Both the position numbers and the translations under genes were made by a program. From contig CP145417.1 of NCBI GenBank assembly GCA_036867785.1, positions 248,001 to 312,000 of the forward strand: a DNA stretch of 64,000 nucleotides, written 5' to 3'. Numbering within the stretch: position 1 is the stretch's first letter; every line of letters begins with the position of its first letter. Below are positions 1 to 13,261 of the stretch, piece after piece. The notes under the pieces are model-generated. The model was not told where the DNA came from and did not search any database. It worked only from the letters and a program-made list of their open reading frames with translations. Origin of the DNA: Plasmodiophora brassicae. Taxonomy: Eukaryota.

Positions 1-2313
1 CCTGGGCGCCTTCGAGCATGGCCACCTCGTCTTTGTTCGGCTCCCGAGCCAACGTCTTGTCGTCATCGCCGTCCTCGTCACCTTCGCCCGCAGTGCCGTC
101 TTTCAGCAGTGACACCGTGTCGTCGACCGTCTTCTTCTTCTTCGTGAACTTCCTCTTCAGCCACTTCCAGGGCCCTTTACTGCAAGGCGGCGTTCAGTCG
201 TCGACCATGAGCTGGATTGGGATTACGATGCCTACATGCTCCGGACGGTCTTGTCCCACAGGTCCTGGAAGGTTCCCAGCTCGAGCTCGACGACGGCCAT
301 GAAGCTGGCGTCCTTCATGCGCCGGAAATCGACATTGTTGGCGGCGACCATGACGCTGGCCCGCACCAGGCCGAACAGGTACCCGTCAACCTGGAAGTGC
401 ACGTTCTTGTAGTCGATGGCAACGACCACGTGCGCCCCGATCCCGAGGACGCTAACGTACCCTTCCATGTAGGCGCCGACCTTGGGCAGGCCCACCTCGG
501 CGTAGAACTGTGAACGCGTGTCCCGTTAGTATGCTGGACAGACCAACCGCGTTCGACATCGGTGGATGAGTACCTTGGGGCCGAGCGCCGATCCTTTGTC
601 TCGACGGATCTGGACAACAGGGCCAAGGTTGACGGGGTCGAGCTCGAAGTCCATCATGACGCGGACGGGGAATCCCCAGACCGTGTCGATGTGCAACATA
701 GCTTTGGCTTCGTACCCGAGAACGTTGACGATGCCCTGCATGCGGACGCCGCCGGGGATGATCGCGAACTTCGTCGCCGCTGGACAGACAGACGGTCAGC
801 GAACAGGCTGTGGAACATTACGGGTAGGCGGCGGCGTACTTTCGCGCGCCGACGCCGAGATGGCCACCTTCCTGATGCCGGTGCATGTCAGGAACGACAG
901 CGCCTTACGCAACGGGAACGTTTTCTTGACACGGCGCTCGCCTTGCGGCGCGTCCGGCGACGGTTCGGGCAGCGTATCCGGGTCGTCGACACCGGCAACC
1001 TCGCCGAACATCTTCTGTTCCTTGCTCGACTGTACGTTCCGTCGCTTCGCTTCCTGTTTGCCCATCGCGAGACTCATCTTCAAGACGTGCAGCAGCTGGC
1101 ACGACGATCAGGTTAGTGGTCCGGCGCCCGTTTCGAATTCGATCGCCGGATACCTTGTCGAACGTGAGCTCCGAGACCTTCCCGAGCACAAACCACCCGT
1201 GGTAGTCGTGCAACGATGGGATCGAGACGCCGAGGTAGGCCTGCACCTCGATGGCGTTCTCCTCGGTGAACGTCCCGTCCGGGTTCGACGGCCCGATCCA
1301 CATCGTCGCGCCGACCGACACGGCCGTCGGCTGGAACGCCCAGGTCAACGACGCGGATCCCTGCACGTTCTCGATGTGCAGGAAGTTCTGCCCGAACGGA
1401 CGCAGCCATTTGCCACGACCCAGGACGACCCCTAAGCGTATGGATCAGTCGAGGCGGTGCCGTCTCCCGTTGCGGGGCCGACCTGTGAACCCAGTGAGAC
1501 CCGGCAGGACGTACATGCCCAGGCCCATGTCGGATCCGGGGCCGAAGACCCATTTGGGGCGCGGGAAGTCCAGAGTGCCACCAACTGTCCTGAACGTGGT
1601 TAGATATGCGGCTGGAAGGTGACGATGTCGACCAGGGGACCTTCGAGGATGGGTGGGGCGAACGGCGCGAACGGATAGAAGGCGCCGACGACGCCGGCGT
1701 GGACGTCGCGCCAGGACCACCCGTTGGGCATGCCCTTGGTGATGTTCTTCAGGGCGACGTGCAGGGTGAACCGCTCCATAGAGATATACATGTTCAGCCA
1801 TGTGTCCTTGCGGAGGCGCTCGCCGAGGAAGAAGCAGAGCGTGCGCTTGTCGCCGCAATGATGGATACGCCCGACCTGCCCGCTGCCGCGCATGTGCTTC
1901 ATGTCCATCGACGTCGTGATCGCCATGGTCACCATGTCGAACGTGTCCATGCCGATGATGTGCTTCGAGATGTTCCTGCCGAAGAACCGGTCGAGGGTCC
2001 TGCCGGCACCAACCACCTTGTCCTGTACATCGGACGATGTCGGCCACCAGCTCTGTGCCTCCGTCCTGATGTACGTCGACTCGACGTGCCGCCCGTGCTC
2101 GGCACGAACACGGTCCAGGAACGATGCTGTCGGGCTAACGGTGACGCTGGGAACATCGGGAACGTTGTCATAGGTGGGTCCGCCCTGGTTGTTCAGGACG
2201 ATACCGCCGCCGCCAGTGTTGTCCGCCCTAACGCCATACGCGACCAGGCTAAGCGCAAGCAGCACGAACACACGCGTCTGGTAGGCGATGTCAGCGGGTT
2301 TGGATGTCATCAT
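1..2313 (-). CDS. Multi-exon hypothetical secreted protein, 3' end runs off the window
   Basis: ORF 1600-2313 starts with a signal-like segment (VFVLLALSLVAYGVRA). Successive minus-strand ORF pieces (1445-, 905-, 796-, 526-, 232-) join through short GT..AG introns with CTAAC/CTGAT branch sites. No family recognised. Confidence 0.7.
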
Positions 2314-2467
2314 GTCTAATGCAAATAGACGAATGGGACGTGTCGCGCCAGGGGTCTGGTATCGCGGGCACCGCCTGTTCCGACGGATCCTTCATTCGTG
2401 ACTCATGCTGTACGCGTGACAAACAGACATGTGTACTGTCATACTACGTACGGCGACCAGCAGCCGT

Positions 2468-3030
2468 TCAGGCAGTGTAGTTATGAGGCTGTTCGGCGGC
2501 GGCGATTTCCTGGAGGTACTTCTCGGGGAACGGCCACTTGCGCTCTTCGCTGCCGCTCTTCATCATCATGTGGGTCGCGATGTTGAACGCTGATATAATG
2601 CCCTTGAGCTGGCCGGACTCCCGCTCAATGACGATCAGGTGGTGGACCTTCTTGTCCATCATCATGTCGGCGGCCTCGTAGATGTCCACGTCGACGTCGA
2701 CGGTCACCAGGCTGGCGTCCATGTGCAGCAGCTTCTTGACGGGCGTCGTGATCTGGTGCTTCAGCAGCCATTTCAACTAGGCAGGCATCAGTGCACAGGC
2801 GCGGAGTCGGTCGTACCGAAACAACGACGTACAATGTCGGTGGTGGTAACGATACCCATCGCTTTGCGAATCTGGACGTCGTCGCAGTCGGTGATGACGA
2901 CCGACGAGCAGCGCCAGTGCAGCATCTGCTGGATGATGTGCTTGAGCGTCGACTCGAGATTGCAGCAGAACACGACGCACGGGCCGCCCGTCATTATGTC
3001 AGAGACTCGAACGGTCGACGGGCCTGCCAT
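2468..3030 (-). CDS. CBS-domain (Bateman) protein, 2 exons
   Basis: Exon 1 VSDIMT...GIVTTTDI; GTACGT..CTAG intron; exon 2 LVTVDVDVDIYEAADMMMDKKVHHLIVIE..LKGIISAFNI, a typical CBS repeat pattern. Confidence 0.8.
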
Positions 3031-3175
3031 CGGTGCGCTGAACAGCTTTCACCGCTTGCGCCTCACTTCCACACCGCGCCGGAGCAAAAATCAATGAATG
3101 ACGTCCGCCACCATCCATGCAGCTGATGCGGCCGGCTCGGAATCTCGGCGGCACGCACGCGCGCACACACACGTC

Positions 3176-5490
3176 TTATGGCGGCATTAACACCAAATTG
3201 GGACCCCCCAAATTGGAGTTGTGCGGGGGGAACAACCACCGCATCGGATCAGGAGATAGCGGCGGCGACAGGCGGGAACTGCAGTCCGTTGGCTTCCCCG
3301 ATCCGATGACCTCTGAATGTCGCGCAACCTGTTGGACTGTACGGCCTGTGCTTTCAGCGTCGGCGTCGTCCCTCGGTACCTGGGAAGTGGACTGCAGCCT
3401 ACAGGCCATACGGTGACCTACCTACAGTAGCATCCCGGAGGTCGGTGAAGGTCGTAGGCTACATCAAGAATCATGCTGTCATCGGCAATGATGGGAGGTC
3501 GCCACAGTGGCCACAGGATGCGCCAACTGCGCCTGCGGCCGATCTGGACCAGTTCGTCGTGGTCCACGACGCAAGGTCGAAGTGGTCGTAACCGGCACCA
3601 CGTTACTGTAACAGAATGGTGACGTGCTCAGCCACGCTTGTGTACGTCCACCGAAACGCTCGGGCCTATCTATCTTTGGTAAAGCGAACTCCGATCATCA
3701 GGCGGTAGGAATATTCTGTCGCGGTCGTGTATGCGCGTGTTAGGCATTCCTGACCCGTCGTGTTATGTGGGCCGTCTTCGAGCCAGAACGGGTTTCAGCT
3801 TGGGGCGAATGCGCTCACTGACGGCGCGACCTTCGTGCGTATGCGGTAGCGATGCGGGCGACCCTTCCCGTCGAGCCGCGTTGCAGGACAACAGGTGCTG
3901 GGCGGTGTCCGGGATAGCTGGTGGTACGGCACCGTACAGGGCATCGCCTGGATATATCATCCGCGTTGACGATCCAAGTTCCTCGCCGAGATCCTCGACC
4001 GCGTCAGGGCTCGGGGCCGGTTTCGCACGGTGCGCTGCAAGAGAAACGCTGGCACGGGGAGCAGGGGCGCCCGCTTTACTGCGGGTTGCCCAGGAGCCTC
4101 GACGTCGAGGCCGAGGTTGGCCAGGAACAGCTGGGTTCAGGGGCGGCTTCGCTGACAGTGGTGGCGAGAACGTCGAGTTCGGCTTTCCTGGCGACGTTGT
4201 CTGCACCTTCTTGCGGTGCTGACGAACTCGTTCCCTGGCACGATCCGGTGCAGTCAGTGAGCGCAGCTGAGCCTGCAGGTCTTGCACTTGCTGGGTCAGT
4301 TCGTCGTTCTTGCTGCGCTCCCGCGCCTCCAGTTCAGCCTGAACTCGTTGCAGGGACAACTCCCGCCGCAAGTGCTCCTGCTCGAGCATTAGCTGAGCGC
4401 ACAGGCGACTGAGCCCTTCGACATCGGGATTGTTCTTCGCCTGTTTCTTGAACGACACAGCTGGGCGTCCAGGAACTGCTTCAATGGGTCCAGCACGCGT
4501 GTCCGGCCACCCATCCCGATGCGCAGACGATTCCGTACGATCTGGATGAGTGGTTCCAGTACGAATGGCACCAGGTCGATCATCGGGAGACGATCTGGCG
4601 GACTGGTGACGGCTTGCAGACGTAGCAGCATGCATGTCTGCCGCACCAGAACGCTCGACAGCCGGTGCCCTGGACGAAGGGCCGTTCACCGGTTTGGGAT
4701 AGGAAGACGACGCGTTCTGAATTCGCACCTGCTTGCGTTCCTGCGCAAGTCGCTCCTGCTCTCGCTCCCTGTCCCAGCGTTGCTGAAGGACGGCGATCTC
4801 GTGCTGGATCCGTTCATCCTCTTCCCGTTCCAGGCGAGCCTGCGCTTCCGCTTCCCGGGCCTTGATCCGTTTCCGCTCCTCGATCTGCTGCCTGAGGATC
4901 GATTGCTGCCTGGCCCGTTTCTCATTCTCGTCGTCAGCGACCTGGGCGCACCCGCGGATCGACCGCCATTTGTTAGCGGCATACCCGCCAGCGTCATACG
5001 CTGGACGAGCGTTCAGCGCCGGCTGCAATGTGCCATCAACGGCGTCAACGACGGCATGATGCACAGGAGGTGGGTCGCGAGGGGAACAAGCGTCAACAGG
5101 CGCATGATCTACACACAGCTGATGTCAGCAAGGACAGCAGGCCTGCAGACCGAAGTACTCGCCTGGATATAGAGGGGGTTGTTCACCGGGGGCGTCCTTC
5201 GGCGCCTCCCGACGCGGTGGTCGCACAGGGGACGCGCGGGATTCAGCGGCACGTACGGGGGAAGCGACGCGACGGACTGGGGGCGACGGCCGTCGTCGCC
5301 GTTGCTCAGGTGCCGCCTGGCTTCCGATCCCGAGAAGGTCCCTCAGCTGCTGCGCCGATATTGTCGAGAAGGCGCGCGGGTCCTCGGCTGCCGCCGTCGG
5401 CGTCGCGCCGCCCTTCGACCGGCGGCCACGACGCGCCCCGGGCGCATCACGCCTGCGCGCCGGTCGCCTCGCCTCCTGCTGCCTGGGCAT
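3176..5490 (-). CDS. Multi-exon coiled-coil protein with CCDC66/CSPP1-like segment (boundaries approximate)
   Basis: 433-aa ORF 3763-5064 contains LRQQIEERKRIKAREAEAQARLEREEDERIQHE, resembling the CCDC66/CSPP1 coiled coil. Upstream ORF 5125-5490 and downstream fragments are probably exons. Confidence 0.5.
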
Positions 5491-5885
5491 TCTGACGCGT
5501 CACCCGACCATCACTCAGCGGGCCGCGGCAACCCCTCCGGCCCACCCACCCGCGACCCCCCGAGGCGCCCGTACTCGCAACACGAAATTGTAAAATGCCC
5601 CCCACCCCGTCCCTCCCTCCCCCCGCACTGCCGGCCCCGCTGACCCCATGCCAAAATCACTGCCAAGTTTTGACGCGGAAAGCGGCGCGTGACTGTGCAG
5701 CGCACAGTCACGCGGCGGCTGCTGCTGCTGCTGCGAGGCCGGCGTGACACTTCGCCGGGTGGTTGACCAGGTGGCACTGATTGTTCGGCCCGACGAATCG
5801 ACTTTGGTTGGGGTACAGCTGCGCAAAGTCCGCCGCAGCATTCCGCCGGTGGTCGCGGGTCGATCGCGGCAGGGCGGGACGCGCG

Positions 5886-8162
5886 ATGCGGTTCGTGCGG
5901 AAGGGCGGTGTCTGGAAGAACACCGAGGATGAGATCCTCAAGGCGGCCGTCATGAAGTACGGGAAGAACCAGTGGGCGCGCATCTCGTCGCTCCTGGTGC
6001 GGAAGTCGGCGAAGCAGTGCAAGGCGCGCTGGTACGAGTGGCTGGACCCGTCGGTGAAGAAGACGGAGTGGACGCGCGAGGAGGAGGAGAAACTCCTGCA
6101 CCTCGCCAAGATCATGCCGTCGCAGTGGCGCAGCATCGCCGCCATCGTCGGGCGCACGTCGACCCAGTGCCTGGAGCACTACACGAAGCTGCTCGACCAG
6201 GCCCAGGCCATGGAGGACGCACGCGCCACCGGGTCGTCGTCGTCGTCGTCCGCGCCGGCGGCGGCGGCGGCGGCGGCCGTCTCGTCCGTCGAGGAGCTCC
6301 GCAAGCTGCGCCCCGGCGAGATCGACATGAACCCGGAGACGAAACCGGCCCGGCCCGACCCCGTCGACATGGACGAGGACGAGAAGGAGATGCTGTCGGA
6401 GGCGCGGGCGCGCCTCGCCAACACGAAGGGCAAGAAGGCGAAGCGCAAGGCCAGGGAGAAGCAGCTGGAGGAGGCCCGGCGCCTGGCAGTGCTGCAGAAG
6501 CGTCGCGAGCTGAAGGCGGCCGGCATCCAGTTCAAGGGCCCATCGCACCAGTCGCTGAACCGGCGCAAGCGCAAGGAGATGGACTACAACGCCGAGATCC
6601 CGCTGCACCGGCCGACGCCCGCCGGCTTCTTCGACACGGGCGACGAGGACCAGGAGATGAAGCGGCGGCGCGCCGACACGTCGTTCCTGGGCCGCACGCT
6701 GAAGGAGCTGGACGGCAGGCGCCGCGACGAGCTCGAGGAGCAGGAGCGGAAGAAGGACGCCAAGCGGCAGGCGCTGATGAAGAAGCACGACCTGCCGGCG
6801 TACGTCGCCCAGATCGCCAAGCTGAACGACCCGCAGTTGCAACGGGCGCGCCCGGCGCTGTCGTTGCCGGCGCCCCAGGTCACCGATCGCGAGCTGCGCG
6901 ACCTGGCCGCGTTGACGGGCGGCGAAACGCCCCTGACGACGTCGACGACGACGGGCCTGATGATGACGCCCTACGCCGCCGCCGCCGCCGCCGCTGGTCT
7001 GACGCCGATGCGAACGCCCAGGGCCGCCGCCGGCCGGGACGCCCTCGTCCTGGAGGCGCAGAACCTGCTGGCGCTGGAGCGATCGCAGACGCCACTGGCG
7101 GGCGGCGAGAACGCGTACCTGCACCCGAGCGACGTCGCGGGCGCCGCCCGACACATGCAGACGCCGAACGCGCTGCTGCTGGCGCAGGCGACGCCTCGCG
7201 CCACCACCGCGACGACGCCGACGCCGACGCCCAGGCGGGCGCTGCGCGACGAGTTCGGCATTAACGTCGGCGGCGGCGGCTTCGAGTCGACGCCGGCCCA
7301 TGCCGATCAGCAGGAGGAGCACGTGCGCCGGGCGCTGCGCGCCTCGCTCAGCGTCCTGCCGCAGCCGACGAACGAGTACGCGCTGGCGCTGCCGCCCCAG
7401 GTGCCGACCGAACCTCCCGCCGGGCCCGTCGACCAGATCGTCCCCGACGCCGACGACGTGGCCCAGTGGGAGCGCGAGGCCCGCGTTCGCGACGCCCAGG
7501 CCGCGTTCCGGCGTCTGTCGACCGTCCTGCAGCGCCCCGAGCTTCCGGTGCCGGCGCCGGTCAGCGCCCCGGTCGCGTTCGTCGGCGCCGACGCCGAGCC
7601 GGACGTGCACGCCGAGATGCTGACGATGCTGAGGCACGACGCGTCGCGGCCGGCGGCGTCGTCGATCGCGCTGGACGACGACCTGATGGCGCAGGCCCGG
7701 GCGCTCGTCGACGACGAGGCCGGGTCGGTCGTCCCCGTGTTCGACGTCGGCGCCTGGGAGCGCCGGCACGCGACCGCCCTGTGGTTGGCGCAGGACGGGC
7801 GGTTCGCGACGACCGCCGAGGAGCGCGTCCGGGCGCGCCAGGACGAGTTCGACCGCCTGCGCCAGCGCTGTGCACGCCTGCGGGCCGACGCGGACGCTGC
7901 CGAGCAATGGGCGGCGTCGGGCGACGCCGGCGCCCTGCGCGAGCGCGTCCGGGCGCGTTCCACCGAGCTGGTCCAGCTGCACCGCACGTACGAGCAGGCG
8001 CTGATCGACCGGGCCTGCTTCGACGACATCGCGCGCTGCGAGGCCGAGGCGATCCCGGCGCGCATCGCGACCCTGCGCCGGGAGGCCGACCGCGTCGTCG
8101 CCGCCGAGGGCCGCCTGCAGGACGAGTACAGCGAGGTGCAGGCCGGACCCGTCACCGCATGA
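5886..8162 (+). CDS. CDC5: Pre-mRNA splicing factor CDC5/Cef1 (Myb repeats), intronless
   Basis: KGGVWKNTEDEILKAAVMKYGKNQWARISSLL..KQCKARWYEWLDP; PETKPARPDPVDMDEDEKEMLSEARARLANTKGKKAKRKAREKQLEE; TP-rich middle region. Confidence 0.97.
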   Translation: MRFVRKGGVWKNTEDEILKAAVMKYGKNQWARISSLLVRKSAKQCKARWYEWLDPSVKKTEWTREEEEKLLHLAKIMPSQWRSIAAIVGRTSTQCLEHYTKLLDQAQAMEDARATGSSSSSSAPAAAAAAAVSSVEELRKLRPGEIDMNPETKPARPDPVDMDEDEKEMLSEARARLANTKGKKAKRKAREKQLEEARRLAVLQKRRELKAAGIQFKGPSHQSLNRRKRKEMDYNAEIPLHRPTPAGFFDTGDEDQEMKRRRADTSFLGRTLKELDGRRRDELEEQERKKDAKRQALMKKHDLPAYVAQIAKLNDPQLQRARPALSLPAPQVTDRELRDLAALTGGETPLTTSTTTGLMMTPYAAAAAAAGLTPMRTPRAAAGRDALVLEAQNLLALERSQTPLAGGENAYLHPSDVAGAARHMQTPNALLLAQATPRATTATTPTPTPRRALRDEFGINVGGGGFESTPAHADQQEEHVRRALRASLSVLPQPTNEYALALPPQVPTEPPAGPVDQIVPDADDVAQWEREARVRDAQAAFRRLSTVLQRPELPVPAPVSAPVAFVGADAEPDVHAEMLTMLRHDASRPAASSIALDDDLMAQARALVDDEAGSVVPVFDVGAWERRHATALWLAQDGRFATTAEERVRARQDEFDRLRQRCARLRADADAAEQWAASGDAGALRERVRARSTELVQLHRTYEQALIDRACFDDIARCEAEAIPARIATLRREADRVVAAEGRLQDEYSEVQAGPVTA

Positions 8163-8192
8163 TCCCGTCCTCCTCATAAATACGATACGTTG

Positions 8193-9450
8193 TTATGGTA
8201 TCGGCCTCGTCGCCGGCAGCAGCGCCATGGCACGCCTGCGAAGGCTGTCGGCGACGCGCGCCCCCGGGTTCGCCTGGCGCTCCGGCTCGTCCTCGTCCGA
8301 CGACGACGACGACCTGCGCGGAGCACATCCCGTCAGCAGGTTGCCATCATCGGGTCGGCGGCGGCACCCACGAGAACAGCTGGATGTTCAGCTTCCTGAG
8401 GCGCCCGGCGGCGAACTCGCCTGCGGGCGCCGGCGCCCTGCGCCCGTTGTCGTCGGCGCCGTCGTCGTCCGTGCTGGACAGGCTGGCGCGGAGCAGGCGC
8501 CGGGCGGCCCGGGCCCGGGACGCGCGTTCCCTGTCCTGGGCGCCCCACGGCCGCGTCCGCCGCGGCGTCGGCGACGACGACGACCGTTGCACGGGTGGCG
8601 GGCGGGCGCGGAACGCCCCGCGCCGCACGACGTCGATCGGCGCCGGGCTGCCCTGCTGCTGGCCGCGATCGGCAGGCCGCCTGGGCTCCAGCCAGTCCAT
8701 GACGGCGGCGTACGCGCTCGCGCTTCGCGCCGGCTTCGCCGGCTGCGCGACGACGACCGGCGGCTGGTTCTCGGTCTCGGGGCGGTCGTCGTCCAGCTCG
8801 TCGACGCGCAACGCTCGCCCCGGCAACGACGGCGCCCGGGGCGGCGGAGGATGAGGAGGAACCCAGGGCGGTCGAGCGTTCGAGCCGGCCCTGGACGGCG
8901 GTGCCGCCGGCAGGTCGACGGCGGCGGTGGCGTCGTCGTCGAGATCCACGGCCAAGGCGGTCGCCCGGTCGCGAAGGCGCTGGTCGAAGGCCCGGCGCGC
9001 GTCGGCCACCTGCGCTTTGAACTGGTCGCTGAGCGCCACCGCCTCGCGAACGAACCGCTCCTGGAGGGCGGCGAGCGTCCGGCGAAACGCCTGGTCGAGC
9101 TCCTGGACGCGCTCGTTCAGGCGTTTCGTCTCCGTCGTCTTGTGCAGGTCGAGCTCGGTGATGGCGTCGTGCAGGCGCTCCCGGTCGCGCCGGATCTGGT
9201 CCTGGCGCGACGACACGAGCGTGTTGGACTGGCGGACGATGGATTCGAGGTACGGCGCCAGGTCGGGGTCCCCGATGCGTTCGGCGCCGAGGTCCTCCAT
9301 CGACCCGCGGCGGCGCTGGCGCTCTGCTTGCACGACATGCTGTCCGTCAGTGCCGCGCTGGCACACCTCAGGCCTCTCGCGCGCGGGTTGCAACCGTCTC
9401 CACACACACACCACTACTACGACAGAGAGAACGGGCACCCGAGTCGACAT
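8193..9450 (-). CDS. Hypothetical coiled-coil / Pro-Arg-rich protein (approximate boundaries)
   Basis: Open frame with a coiled coil (RQDQIRRDRERLHDAITELD...) and strong G/C third-position bias; probable terminal intron near 8318-8368. Confidence 0.55.
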
Positions 9451-9542
9451 CGAGAGCGCAGTGTGTAATGCTGCCCCGATCCCGTTGGGCCCTTGGCCCC
9501 ACACGGCTGTGCCGATGATCGTGTGCGCGCGCGCCCCGCCTC

Positions 9543-12500
9543 TCACTTCTGCTTGTCGCGATGCAACGCAATCATCAGGACGAACGCAACGGCACGGTAG
9601 GCGACGCCGAGGACAGCCATGATGATCAGCGCCGTGGTCGCCACGCCCAGGTCGTACCTGGATCAGCAGTGGGCACCCTGCCGCATGCAACGACCCCCAC
9701 CAGTACGATACCCGTATGGCGACGCGGCACGGTCGAGATCGTAGATGCTCGCGTACGCGTTCAACGTCAAGGCGACTGCAATCGATGAGCGATGCGGTTG
9801 CACGAGCGACGCCTGACCGACATTGTGCATCGGCGGCCCAGCGGTTGGGGCAGAGGTCAAACAGCCACTGGAAGCCGGCGTCGCGCGCCGCCGACAACGA
9901 GATCGGGAACCCGCTGTTCACCGACGCGAACACCGAGACGATCACGGCCAGAAGCGACGCGTTCTCCCGGCTGGCGAGCATCGTCACCATGGTGGCGATC
10001 CCACTGGAGGACGCCCCGACATCCGTCAGACCCGAACGCTAAACGGGGCATCGCAGGCGCCGCCGCCCTACTAGACGCAGAAGAAGTTGAGGAACACGAG
10101 CATGTACTGCAGGCCCAGGGAGTACGTCGGCCGCGACAGCACGTAGTAGATGGCAGTGAAATGGGCGGAACTCAGCAGGATGCGGTACAGCGAGCTGATC
10201 GTGGTCCCCTAAGCGAACGCGCGCGCGCGCGCCAACCAGGTCACGTTCCGGGCGGCGGACCCGGTCCCGCTCGGGCGGTACATACGACGTAATAGGCGGA
10301 TTTCGAATGGCCGGACGCCGCCTCGCGCCAGTAGATGGGCTTCTCCTCGGCAAACACCAGGACGGCCGACGGCGCGCCGGACAAGGCGACCGAGATGCCT
10401 AGCAGCATGGCGTCTATCGCGCTGGTCTCAGTGCCGATACACGGCCACGGGCGCAGCGTACGTGGACGAACACATCGCGACGAGGAAATCCAGCGGCTTC
10501 GTCGAGAGCTGCGAGTAGGGCTCCTTCAGCAGACCCGTGAACGGCTCCGTCAGGCTCGTGGCCGAAATGCCAATCAGCAGGCCCGCGAACGAGCACACGA
10601 ACAGCTACGAGGAACAGCATCAGGTTCGGCGGCGGCGAATCAGACCCGCTCGGCACATGCCTCCAGTCGTAAGGTGCTGAGCGAACGGCACTGCTTCAGG
10701 AGGCCACGATTATGGCAATGCCAGGTTTGGGTCAGCCAGGTGGCGCCGCGCTTCTTGGCGATCTCGCTGATCGTCTTGTTCGCCGACGCGTCCGCCGAGA
10801 CGGACGGCGCCCGCTTGAAGAACTCGGACGACTCCCATCGTTCGACCAGCTCCGACACTTTCGGCGTCGGCACGCCCGGGTTCGCGTTCGGGCCCCGGCC
10901 CGCGAGGATGTCCAGGAAGACGTCGGCGACGTTGGCGTTGGCGTCGAATCGGAACCCGAGCGATGAGAAGTACTTGACGGCATCGGGGATCGACCCGAAG
11001 TAGGCCGTCCGGCCACCGGGCACCAGCAGAAGAATGTCGTCGAACTGGCTGTTTGCAGCAACGTAGGCGGCGGTTAGACCTGGGGCCCCAGGCAGAGATG
11101 CGCCGATGGCCGACCTGATGATTTCAACTCGAGGCTGGTGGATGATGGAGACGACAGTGATGCCGAGACGGGAGATGGCACGCAGGATCCCGACGACATC
11201 CAGGGCGGATGTCGAATCAAGGCCACTGGGCCAATCCGTCAGTCCAGGAGCCGTCGCAGCGCAAACGGGAGCGTATCGGACCTGGTGGGCTCATCGAGGA
11301 ACAACGCCAACGGGACTGGGGACACGTTTTAGCACGATGATCGGAGCTGACAACATGGGGCGGTAACTAGGAACTCACTGGCCGCTAATTCCAGGGCGAT
11401 GTTCACCCGTTTACGCTACGACGTGGATCAGCACGACATTTGGGGGGACTCAATCCGTGCCCGTACCTGTCCACCAGATACACCTCGTTTCTCCTCGTCG
11501 CCGATCGGGGTATGCGCGACATGGGACAGCCTGACAGGGCAGCTCCGTCAGACATTGGCTCAACTCCGATGACCCTGGCGGCCATCATTACATCAGCGCC
11601 TCCAGGATGTTGTCGACGTGAGCCTCGACTTGCTCAGATGTCCACGTGCTAGGCAGGCGGGTGCGAGCCGAATGCAGGACGACCTCGCGGACCGTCAGGT
11701 CACGATGCATGACATCCTCCTGATAACAACGGCACGGTCCATACGATAGCGACCCGCGAGTCCCACCCGCCCATCGGTACCTGCGGCACGAAGCCGATCA
11801 TCTTTCGCAGGCTGCTCATCTCGGCGTGAATTCCGTTGATCATCAAATCTCCACCCGTGCGCTGGACCTTCCCCATCAGGACATTCATGAACGTCGTCTC
11901 TGGGGGGCGTTTCACACGTCATCTCCATGCAGAGCAAACGGTGGTGGCAGCAGACGTACTCCCAGCTCCGGAACCGCCCATAACGGCGGTCATGCGCCCG
12001 GCGAATATATCGCCAGACACGCCGCTGAGCACCGTCTTCCCGGTTGGCAGCACGAGAGTCAGGTTCTTGAATTTGAAGTTCATACGCAGGTCCGCCTTGC
12101 CCTGGAACCCGTCCTTGAAGGCCTTGACGAGCACCTGAACGTTGTCGGAGATGCCCGGCGCCGCGCGAGCCTCGCCGTTCGATGGCAGAACATTCATCTT
12201 CACAACAGGCTTCGCTGCTGTCTGAGCCAGTCATATGGGAGCGGACCGCAGGAAACGGATCGTGACGAACCGGGACGGCGTGGCAGGTGTTTGGCGATGA
12301 ACGAAGGCAGGATGGCCGTTGCCCAGTCGGCACCGGCGCGACGGCTTTCGTAGACGCGACGAAAGCCGACCGCAATCGTAAGGAGGACGTCGATGACAAT
12401 AACGATCAGCAGGAAGCCCCAGTGCGTCTGGACAACTGTCCCTTCGTTGCACGTGGACCAGAACATGCACGGCGTCGGCTGAACAGAACCGGTAATGCAG

Positions 12501-13261
12501 AAGCTTCCGGCAGGACTGAATGTGCGGTTCAGTACCGGAACCATGATGGATACAATCGTCAGACCAAGGCAGGATTGTCTGGGGCGTTGGGCAGTAGAAC
12601 CCCGGCAGACACAGCATCGGCTCAAACCGGCCTTGCGCCTGAACAGACAGCATGAACAGTTGACATACGTATGGTTCCGGCGTACGGTTGGACAATCATA
12701 CTAGACATTCGCCGCCGCCTGCCAAACGGCGCAGGAAGCAATCGGCACTGGGAGGGCACAGCAACATTCGGTCCGTCGATGTCAGGTAAGGGCAGAAGTA
12801 CCCTGCGGGTGCATTTTAGAATGTCGCAATCGCTCAGTGATTGGGAGACAACCCACCTGGATCGCATGGCGTCGGGACCGGCGTCAGCGGGTACCCGTTG
12901 GACGCATTTGCGTTGTAGAAACAGCCGTACCCAACGCCGCCGGGGATTGGCGGAAGCGAGGTGATGGATGGCAGCTTCCATGCCTTTCCACGAACCGGAG
13001 GTGGATTCGCGAACAGGCTGGTCGGGTCCGTTTCATACTCATCGGCGCTCTTCCCCATCGATGTCTCGCTCAATCGTGGAAATGACGCACGTCGTGGACT
13101 GACTGGATGTCAGAGCGGCCAGGACTCAGAAATGCCCCGCGCGCGAGAGAGACCGACGCACCGTATAACAGTCGGCAGTCGCAAGCGACCAGTGTCGACG
13201 GTGCTTCAGGTCACACGGCAGCGCGCGCAGTTCAACGCGTCAAACGGGAGCTCACCACCAT
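9543..13261 (-). CDS. ABCG (White-family) half transporter with Cys-rich N-terminal extracellular region; multi-exon; start uncertain
   Basis: Walker A MGGSGAG|KTTFMN; IGFVPQ; DEPT/GLDSTSAL; IIHQPR; GGRTAYFG; NVADVFLDIL; C-terminal TM ending ..LMIALHRDKQK*; upstream CLPGFYCP / PAGSFCITGS repeats followed by a TM helix. Confidence 0.9.

Noticed and set aside
1600-1640. Apparent frameshifts/stops in core genes suggesting pseudogenes
   Set aside because: Explained by short GT-AG introns with CTAAC/CTGAC-type branch sites that restore the frame.
5511-8177. 888-aa minus-strand ORF
   Set aside because: Antisense shadow of GC-rich CDC5; no independent motifs.
8347-9990. 547-aa ORF as a single gene
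   Set aside because: Its 5' part is an ABCG transporter exon read through an intron and intergenic DNA into the next gene.
12420-12960. Cys-rich extracellular region on the ABCG transporter as a novel fusion
   Set aside because: Similar architecture is known in plant ABCG24/28-like and fungal Adp1-like half transporters.
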